The notes beneath the pieces were generated by a model. That model did no database searches. It worked only from the letters and a program-made list of their open reading frames with translations, and was not told where the DNA came from. Positions 1-8,342 of a stretch of 54,440 bases of DNA are shown piece after piece; the stretch's first letter is position 1, and each line of letters begins with the position of its first letter. This stretch comes from Leptolyngbyaceae cyanobacterium. GTDB lineage: Bacteria > Cyanobacteriota > Cyanobacteriia > Phormidesmidales > Phormidesmidaceae. Location of the stretch: assembly GCA_050331235.1 (NCBI GenBank), contig JBHJHA010000054.1, forward strand, positions 1 through 54,440, given 5' to 3'. Made by a program: the position numbers and the translations under genes.

Positions 1-158
1 CAATCACAGCTCCAATTTGGTAGCCGTTCATTTGGTTTGCCATTCACAATTACATCGGTGAACAGTAGAGATTGCTTGAGCCGTATACAGTGAAAGTTGT
101 ACGTACGGTTCTGAGGGGAGGGAGGAAGACATATCTAAAACTTCCTCCTTTAACCGAC
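1..158 (+). mobile_element. 3' end of a group II intron (IIB-like): domains V and VI and 3' splice site
   Basis: Domain V GAGCCGTATACAGTGAAAGTTGTACGTACGGTTC (78-111) has the AGC triad, GAAA loop and AC bulge. Domain VI has stem GGAGGAAG (121-128)/CTTCCTCC (141-148), an unpaired A near 152-153 and the terminus ...CCGAC at 158. Confidence 0.9.
2..61 (+). CDS. C-terminal end (partial) of a group II intron-encoded RT/maturase with an HNH endonuclease domain
   Basis: Frame 2 reads NHSSNLVAVHLVCHSQLHR-stop (TGA 59-61). This matches the N-L-x-x-x-H-x-x-C-H-x-x-x-H tail of intron-encoded HNH domains and lies directly before intron domain V. Confidence 0.8.
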   Translation, partial: NHSSNLVAVHLVCHSQLHR

Positions 159-342
159 GGCTCAGTTATCACGGTGAAGGTAACTCGGCAAGACTATTTA
201 TCTAAATTAAGGCATTGTGCAGCTATCGGTGAGACAATCGGTAAAGATTGCATGTGTGAAGATTTCTGGGGCGTTATCCTGAAAACTTAGTATTTTATTG
301 CATGATTCTGTGAGGGAATTTTCCTAGAACTTAGTTCACGCC

Positions 343-3048
343 ATGAATGTAGTTATAACCTCTGAATTTTTGCAAGCATACTCTTTATGCCCACGCAAGG
401 CATATTTACTGATGCACGGTAAAGATAGAGGAGGGCTACATGAATATGAAAAAATCCTAGAAAAGCATCAACTTGAAAATCAAACCGAGAATTTGAAAAT
501 TGTTGAACAGAGATGCGGTGATATTCATCCCTACAGCACTGAAAAATTTAAAAAAGACTATGAATTTCTAATTGATGCTAATCTATCAATCGAAAAAATT
601 CAGTCTTATTGCCCAATATTAAAAAGAATAGACAATCTAAATTATGAACCAACTATTTTTATAGGAACTTACAAAATTAATAATGTCGATAAGCTTAAAT
701 TGGTGTTTATTGGTTATGTGTTAGCAAAAATTCAGGGGAAATCTCCCAAGATGGGATATATAGTCAATGTTAAAGGTGAATCGCGACGGCTCAAGTTAGA
801 AGAAAGTAATAAACTTATTACACCTCTATTGACTCCATTAGAAGAATGGATAAGTGAGCCTTCTATAGAGGAAGTACCTGTCATCTTAAATAAGCATTGC
901 CCTATTTGTCAGTTTAGAGAAAAGTGCAAGGAAATCGCAATTAAAGAAGATAACTTAAGTCTCTTAGATAAAGTCACTCCAAAAGTTCTTCGCAAATATG
1001 AGAGAAAAGGTATTTTTACTGTTAAGCAACTTTCCTACTTATTCAAACCGAGAAAGCGTAAGAAACGAGCCAAGAAATCTCCAGCAGTAACTCACGATAT
1101 TAAATTACAAGCTCTTGCCATTCGTACCAGAAAAATTTATTTACAAGAGATACCTGACTTGTCAAGGCAAGAAATAGAAATTTACTTAGATATCGAGGGG
1201 GTGCCTGATCAAACTCTATATTATTTGATTGGCGTACTAGTTTGCCGAGGAGATATAACAGAACATCATTCACTTTGGGCTGATGATGTTACAGATGAGG
1301 AAAAAATCTGGCAAGAGTTTTTAGCTATTGTCGATCAGTATCCAGATGCACCTATCTATCATTATGGTAGCTATGAAGTGCGTGCAATAAAAGTATTAGA
1401 TAAAAGATTTAAAACTAAAAAAGAAGGGCTTCTGGCTCGATTGAACAACGTTAACAAGCAAATTTATAGCAGGGTTTACTTCCCAGTTTATTCCAATAAA
1501 TTGAAAGAGGTTGCAAGTTTTTTGGGGGCAACCTGGACATCACCTAATGCCTCCGGGATACAGAGCCTTGTGTGGAGATATCGTTGGAATAAAAGCAAGG
1601 AGGTTCAATACAAATCAAAGTTAATAACCTATAACAAAGAAGATTGTTATGCTTTAAAGCTTTTAGCAGATGAGTTGAGAAAAATTCAACAATCTGCTGA
1701 TGCGTTGTCCGCCGTTGATTTTGCTCAAACTCCTAAAGAAAATTTTTCAGAGATAGGAGGAAGAGTAAGTAGCCAGTTTGAGATGATTCTCAGATTTGCA
1801 AGTGCCAAGTATGAGAAAAGAAAGATTAGTTTCAGACAAGGTCAAGTCATCACCAAAAATAATCGTGGAGGCTCAATACCATCAAAAACGAAATTGAGGC
1901 CTGACAAAATCTTGGAAGTATCGCAGCCAGAAAGCTGTATTCGATGTGGTCATAGTCCTCTTAAGGTTGTAAATACTAAAACCAGTAGGACTATTTTAGA
2001 TTTGGTCCTTACAAAAAGTGGAGTCAAAAAGATTGTAACTAAATATATTGGTTCTCATGGTTATTGCGCAAATTGCCAGAGAAGTTATCCCCCTCCTAAA
2101 CTATTAGAGTTTGAACGGCACCAGTTTTATGGGCATGGCTTTAAATCATGGATCATTTATCAAAGGGTTGCTTTACGTTTGCCACGTGAAAGTATTCTTG
2201 AATTTGCAAAAGAACAATTCAACGAGGAAATTTCTTCAACCAGAATCTCATATTTCATGAGGAAAATTGCTCAGTATTATTCGAAAACTGAGCGATCTAA
2301 CATCCAAAAAATGTTAGAGAGTTCTTTTATCCATGTTGACGAAACTAACTTCACGATAAAAGGAGTTAACTGGTATGTTTGGGTATTTACTGATGGCAAA
2401 TATGTAATTTTCAAATTGACAGAAACACGGGAAACCAATATCGTAAATGAGGTCTTGGAAGGATATAAAGGAATCTTGATTTCTGACTTTTACACTGGAT
2501 ATGACTCCATTCCTTGTAATCACCAGAAATGTTGGGTTCATCTAATTCGACATCTCAATAAAGATCTTAGAGAGAACCCATTTGACATGGAATATGAAGT
2601 CTTCATTTCAGAAGTAAGAAGTTTAATAATACCTATCATGGAAGCTGTTCAAAGGCATGGACTAAAGAAATATCATCTTCAAAAATTTCAACAAAAAGTT
2701 AACAATTTTTATGAAAATTATATTGAAGGAAGGCAATATAAATCCGAGCTTGTGCTGAGGTATCAACAACAGTTCAAGAAATATAGAAATAGTCTATTTA
2801 CCTTTCTTTATCAAGATGGTGTGCCATGGCATAATAACACCGCTGAGAATGCTATTAGACATGTTGCTATACAGCGAGATATTTCCAAGGCTTCATTTCA
2901 TGAAGAACCAACACGCAACTATTTAGTTTTACTGGGGATACGTCAAACCTGTCGTTACCAAAATAAGTCATTTTTTAAGTTTTTATTCTCAGGAGAGACC
3001 GACTTGGATAAGTTTAAGCCTGAAAAGAAAAAACGGAAGGAAAAATAA
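343..3048 (+). CDS. Fusion of TM0106-type RecB/Cas4-like domain, RNase H-like DEDD exonuclease and IS66-family DDE transposase (901 aa)
   Basis: Cas4-like Cys set C16 (CPRKAYL) plus C186/C189/C195 (HCPICQFREKC). Exonuclease motifs YLDIEG, YHYGSYE, YNKEDC. IS66 Zn finger CIRCG...CANC. IS66 core motifs IHVDET, LISDFYTGY, HQKCWVHLIR, WHNNTAENAIR. Confidence 0.88.
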   Translation: MNVVITSEFLQAYSLCPRKAYLLMHGKDRGGLHEYEKILEKHQLENQTENLKIVEQRCGDIHPYSTEKFKKDYEFLIDANLSIEKIQSYCPILKRIDNLNYEPTIFIGTYKINNVDKLKLVFIGYVLAKIQGKSPKMGYIVNVKGESRRLKLEESNKLITPLLTPLEEWISEPSIEEVPVILNKHCPICQFREKCKEIAIKEDNLSLLDKVTPKVLRKYERKGIFTVKQLSYLFKPRKRKKRAKKSPAVTHDIKLQALAIRTRKIYLQEIPDLSRQEIEIYLDIEGVPDQTLYYLIGVLVCRGDITEHHSLWADDVTDEEKIWQEFLAIVDQYPDAPIYHYGSYEVRAIKVLDKRFKTKKEGLLARLNNVNKQIYSRVYFPVYSNKLKEVASFLGATWTSPNASGIQSLVWRYRWNKSKEVQYKSKLITYNKEDCYALKLLADELRKIQQSADALSAVDFAQTPKENFSEIGGRVSSQFEMILRFASAKYEKRKISFRQGQVITKNNRGGSIPSKTKLRPDKILEVSQPESCIRCGHSPLKVVNTKTSRTILDLVLTKSGVKKIVTKYIGSHGYCANCQRSYPPPKLLEFERHQFYGHGFKSWIIYQRVALRLPRESILEFAKEQFNEEISSTRISYFMRKIAQYYSKTERSNIQKMLESSFIHVDETNFTIKGVNWYVWVFTDGKYVIFKLTETRETNIVNEVLEGYKGILISDFYTGYDSIPCNHQKCWVHLIRHLNKDLRENPFDMEYEVFISEVRSLIIPIMEAVQRHGLKKYHLQKFQQKVNNFYENYIEGRQYKSELVLRYQQQFKKYRNSLFTFLYQDGVPWHNNTAENAIRHVAIQRDISKASFHEEPTRNYLVLLGIRQTCRYQNKSFFKFLFSGETDLDKFKPEKKKRKEK

Positions 3049-3092
3049 TATCCGCCACTTTGAGTAGTCGATCTTGAGCGGTGATTTAATAT

Positions 3093-3137
3093 GAAGGTGA
3101 TTTGATGTCTTTCACCTTTGTCTCACTAAGCTACTAT
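3093..3137 (+). promoter_or_regulatory. Short inverted repeat and candidate -10 box upstream of the two-gene cassette
   Basis: GAAGGTGA (3093-3100) and TCACCTTT (3112-3119) form an inverted repeat. TACTAT at 3132-3137 lies about 30 nt before ATG 3166. Confidence 0.3.
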
Positions 3138-3165
3138 GGTAATATAGATATCTTACTGAAAGTCT

Positions 3166-3426
3166 ATGGCATTGCCGGAATTGCTTCCTGCTGTTAGTCA
3201 GCTCTCTCTTCAGGATAAATTGCGCCTCATTCATTTTCTTTTGTTGGCAGTTGCGAAAGAAAATGAATGCGAGTTGCAAACTAAAGACCTTTCATCTCAA
3301 GAGGAATCGCTACTGAAACAGTTAGAGTCTACTGAAGCGGTTGTTTGGTCGCCTCATGATGCCTATGGAGCCGCTCAAGTACTTTCAGACCTTCTCGTAG
3401 CAGAACGGCAAAAAGGCAATGCTTAA
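3166..3426 (+). CDS. Small hypothetical protein, antitoxin-like partner of the aspartic protease
   Basis: 86-aa helical ORF whose end overlaps the start of the next gene (ATGCTTAA, 3419-3426). Confidence 0.75.
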   Translation: MALPELLPAVSQLSLQDKLRLIHFLLLAVAKENECELQTKDLSSQEESLLKQLESTEAVVWSPHDAYGAAQVLSDLLVAERQKGNA

Positions 3427-3838
3427 CGGTCAACAGTTCCCCTTTGTTGAGCGGACTAACAGCAAAGGCTTGTCTAGCTCAATGCCGTATCTACCAATAA
3501 CGCTGGTTTATGGGGAGCTTTCCGTGGAGAGCATGGCTTTGCTCGATACTGGGGCAAGTGTCAATGTACTCCCTTATGAAATCGGCTTAGAGCTAGGCGC
3601 TGTCTGGGAAGAGCAGACAATGTCTATTCAGTTGAGTGGCAACTTAGCCAGCATGGAAGCGAAAGGGTTGGTGTTATCGGCAACCGTCGCTGAATTTCCT
3701 CCAGTATTACTGGCATTTGCCTGGACACAATCAAGAGAAGCCCCTTTGATTTTGGGCCATATGAATTTCTTTACAGAATTTGATGTCTGTTTCTACCGGG
3801 CTGATCTTACCTTCGAATTACGCCCTAGACCAAAATAA
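3419..3838 (+). CDS. Retropepsin-like (clan AA) single-domain aspartic protease
   Basis: ALLDTGAS catalytic motif and C-terminal LILGHMNFF (ILG-type) motif; 139 aa. Confidence 0.85.
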   Translation: MLNGQQFPFVERTNSKGLSSSMPYLPITLVYGELSVESMALLDTGASVNVLPYEIGLELGAVWEEQTMSIQLSGNLASMEAKGLVLSATVAEFPPVLLAFAWTQSREAPLILGHMNFFTEFDVCFYRADLTFELRPRPK

Positions 3839-3855
3839 AATCACTTTAGTCAGCG

Positions 3856-3941
3856 GCCCAACACTGCGTTGGTGCGGATGGAACAGAGGTTGTCGGTGGG
3901 TCTTCGAGGTTATCTGCCGCCGCACAACTTCACCGTTAGGC
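3856..3941 (+). other. Integron attC recombination site (86 bp)
   Basis: R'' GCCCAAC (3856-3862), 5-nt spacer, L'' GTTGGTGCGG; then L' CCGCACAAC, 6-nt spacer, R' GTTAGGC (3935-3941). L'' and L' pair with one extra-helical G. The site begins 17 nt after the upstream stop codon. Confidence 0.8.
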
Positions 3942-4053
3942 TGCTTATTCTTGATTAGATGAAGTGTCTCCAAACCTATATAAACAAATCCGGGATCATC
4001 ACCTCGAGAGTTGATACCACTCTCATCCCTCGACTCATGGAGTAAAAACACGG

Positions 4054-4545
4054 ATGAGGCGCATGAAATGGCTGACGATTATTGTATCTGCCTGCACCTT
4101 GATTCCCGCAGCGCTGTTTGCTCTTGCCTTAGACAGTTGGGCTGGACTGAGTTTGAACCTACTTTTTCAAACTAGTTTCATCACCCTCGGCGTCCTCATT
4201 GCGATGATGGCAGCTTCTTTAAGTCAGCGCAGGGTAACGCTGCTGCTACCCTCGGCGTACATCTTGTTTATGCTGGTGCTCCCCTTCATTAACACCAGCC
4301 CTGCGAAGCCTGCCGTTCGCGCCGTCAACCAAATTCGACCCGGCATGACTCAGGTAGAGGCTCGCGCCGTGATTGCGCAGAACTTTCTGCAAGGGGGACG
4401 CTTTAAACCGCCAACGTTGACAACAGAGGAGACCGATCGGTTGGCGTATGTCATCGATCCGGATGATGGCGCTTACAATGCGGCCTTTCTTGTGGTTAGG
4501 TTTTCTGATGGTAAGAGCGTATCTGCTGAATTTCAGCCAGACTGA
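4054..4545 (+). CDS. Hypothetical membrane protein (three TM helices plus small SmpA/BamE-like soluble domain), probable cassette gene
   Basis: Three hydrophobic stretches followed by IRPGMTQVEARAVI; located directly downstream of attC. Confidence 0.65.
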   Translation: MRRMKWLTIIVSACTLIPAALFALALDSWAGLSLNLLFQTSFITLGVLIAMMAASLSQRRVTLLLPSAYILFMLVLPFINTSPAKPAVRAVNQIRPGMTQVEARAVIAQNFLQGGRFKPPTLTTEETDRLAYVIDPDDGAYNAAFLVVRFSDGKSVSAEFQPD

Positions 4546-5099
4546 TTTGAACCAGATCTCATTTAGCTTCACCATTGAGGACGCCTTGATTCAAGCCGTG
4601 GAGGATTGCTCACTTACGCAGCAAAGCGCAGCTAAGTCTGACAATTCAGAACGCTGAAAGTCTCGCATAGCAAGTCTTTTAATTCCAAATTTCGAGCTCT
4701 GTTATATCGTTTGGACTCGGAGTCTAATAATTCCCATGTACGCCAACCGTTGACAGCTATTTGGTACAGCAGAGGCGATCGGCGGCGGGTGATGGGCACC
4801 GTCAGATGCATCGCTAAGCACACTGGTTACCTCCTAGGCGATCAGTGTCGTATGCAAGCCGATGACCACTCAAACGGTATAATCCGCATTCGGGTGATTC
4901 ATTATGGAGCGGGGCCAGCGTTGACAGCGATCGCTCTAAACCGTCTTGTAGAGCTGTCGCATACCCCATATTGCGCAGTCTCTGCCAGCTTGAAGGCTGA
5001 GATGATGGTGGCAGCTGTTGTAGAGCCTTGGGAAGACGAGCCCAGGTGATTGGCATGATTGCCAGGCAGTGGAAGCATGGAATGAACGTGGAGGCCAGC

Positions 5100-5591
5100 T
5101 TAATCGGGGAGCCAAGCATAAGGATCGCCCGCCACCTGAATGCCCGTTGCCTGGCCATAACGAATCACGACCACATTGGCATCGGAACGTCCCACATCTA
5201 AATAGCCCGAATCCCAAACTTCAAAGCGGGTAACGCCGGTGATTTCCAAATAGTAGGCCCCTGGATCAAGCTCTACTGTGTAGTCGCGACGGGTATTCCC
5301 GGCCCGAAACAGTAACCGACCGTCTAGGTAAATGCTGGCCCAGTCTTCGTCTTGGGCAACAAAGCGGACGGTGACTTCGCGATCTGCGATGCGATCGCGG
5401 GGCACCACAATCACCGGATAGCCAGGAATGATGACGGGCACTTTGATAGTGATATCGGCCAATTCCAATGATTGAGCGGCGATTGGCGGTGCCGCGTTAC
5501 CAGCGGCACCGCTCATGAGCCATGGGGCGATCGCCACTAACGGCAAGAGCCATCGTCGTATCGGATTGCTGATTAAAGTTTGGGCAAACAT
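5100..5591 (-). CDS. Hypothetical secreted protein with a beta-sandwich (PEGA-like) domain
   Basis: Signal-peptide-like N-terminus, then ASIYLDGR...VELDPGAYYLEI. Purine-rich RBS lies before ATG 5591. Confidence 0.65.
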   Translation of the reverse strand: MFAQTLISNPIRRWLLPLVAIAPWLMSGAAGNAAPPIAAQSLELADITIKVPVIIPGYPVIVVPRDRIADREVTVRFVAQDEDWASIYLDGRLLFRAGNTRRDYTVELDPGAYYLEITGVTRFEVWDSGYLDVGRSDANVVVIRYGQATGIQVAGDPYAWLPD

Positions 5592-5677
5592 CACAAACCC
5601 CCTCTCAATCACACAGCGATGTCCACAGCATAGTCTGTCTGCTTCAGAGGGGGGATAGGCTTAGACCAGTTTGCTGA

Positions 5678-7033
<1,356 letters not shown>

Positions 7034-7233
7034 TCAGGGAGGCAGATGACCCATCTCCCAACGATGCCAGAGACTCAACGTGGTTGCCTATCAGCGACTC
7101 CCGAGGAGTAAGCATACGCCTTTATCCGGCGATCGCTACGCAATTAGCGATGATTGTCCCAGGATTTTGGCATTTGTGCTGGCTCGGCGACTGGTTGAGT
7201 CAAGAAATGATGACGAGCCGCTTACGGCAGCCG

Positions 7234-8115
7234 CTATAACCCAGTGGGCAAGGCCGTTGGCTGACCGTTGACACTCGTGACAATGCGGCCCCAGCCAGCT
7301 TCATTACCCATGTCCCAGTAGATTTGCTGCATGGTGTTGTAAGAGTAAGGATCGAAAGCAGCCCAAGCATTGATGTCATAGGAGTCGCTGGCCCCGTAGC
7401 GGATGCCGTAGGGATCATGAACTAAAAAGACGCGCTTGACCGGATCATGGCCGACAATGATGCAAATATGGCCACTGCTTTTGTAGGCAAAGCCCGCGAC
7501 GACTGGAATGCCATAGCTGAGAGAGAGCATGACATCTTTGGAAGAAATTGAGTAGCTGAAATAGGAGTTGATCCCAATTTCTTGGAGCGCTTTGGTTTGG
7601 GCAGCGTGGTCGGTGGTATCACCGTACTTAGCTACAATCCGCATGTAGACTGACTCGGGCTCGCGATAGCCTTTATCCTTAGCGGCTTTGGTCAAGGCAC
7701 CCTGCAATAAATAGTCGGCCAGCATACAGTTGCTCGTGGTGTTGCACTGCCGCCAGCCCGCCCCAAAGACGCTGGAGTCGTTGTCATTTTGTTGGTAGTA
7801 GGGTACCTGCAACTTGATCTGCTTAGTCGTGTCGAGGGGCAGATTGCCACTGCCGCCCGTGCCGCCAGAGGGCTCACCCTCGATTTGAATATGGGGATCG
7901 TAACCGTAAACATTTTGAATTTTGGTCACCCCATCCATGGTGGTTAGCGGTGAGGCCAACTCCATGAACACGTGTTGGTTGCGATCAGGCGCATAGCGGT
8001 AAATATAAAATTCATGGCCTTCTGGCACATAGATTTTTTCTCGATTGCTCAAGTCGGTCGAAGAAATGGGGCTTGACTTTAAGAATGTATTTCCTAGTGC
8101 TTTGGCCTTAGGCAT
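7234..8115 (-). CDS. C39-like papain-fold cysteine peptidase family protein
   Basis: QCNTTS (catalytic Cys), SGHICIIVG (His), VHDPYG (Asp); N-terminal domain joined by a Gly-rich linker. Confidence 0.8.
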   Translation of the reverse strand: MPKAKALGNTFLKSSPISSTDLSNREKIYVPEGHEFYIYRYAPDRNQHVFMELASPLTTMDGVTKIQNVYGYDPHIQIEGEPSGGTGGSGNLPLDTTKQIKLQVPYYQQNDNDSSVFGAGWRQCNTTSNCMLADYLLQGALTKAAKDKGYREPESVYMRIVAKYGDTTDHAAQTKALQEIGINSYFSYSISSKDVMLSLSYGIPVVAGFAYKSSGHICIIVGHDPVKRVFLVHDPYGIRYGASDSYDINAWAAFDPYSYNTMQQIYWDMGNEAGWGRIVTSVNGQPTALPTGL

Positions 8116-8342
8116 CGTCTGTCTCCTTGTGACCTGGGTAGACTGCCAACACCCAAGTGTGCATCAGATCATCAGAAACACACCAGCAAAATTTTGATGA
8201 TTTAACGTTTTTTCGGATGATGGCAGGGCGATGGTGCCGATAGTTTAAGCGATCGCTCGCGAGATGTCCCATCGCACCTCAGAAATTCAGGTTGTCTGGG
8301 TGCAACCTACGCGCTACGGCTGATGGGCAAACGACTTAGCAT

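Noticed and set aside
1..158. Idea that the intron is a class IIC-attC intron targeting the nearby attC
   Set aside because: Domain V has the AGC triad and full length, and the protein ends in an HNH domain, unlike IIC introns. The sequence after the 3' splice site is not an attC.
72..290. 72-aa ORF MLEPYTVKVVRTVLRGG...
   Set aside because: Its first 29 codons are the translation of intron domains V and VI, so it is not an independent gene. Only the part after 158 may be coding, as an exon.
3049..3165. IS66 terminal inverted repeat or target-site duplication
   Set aside because: A TTAC occurs at 3153-3156, but no matching left end was identified in the window, so element boundaries cannot be supported.
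4546..5099. Second attC site or real genes after the membrane-protein gene
   Set aside because: No convincing paired R and L boxes were found. The overlapping short ORFs on both strands have no recognisable motifs.
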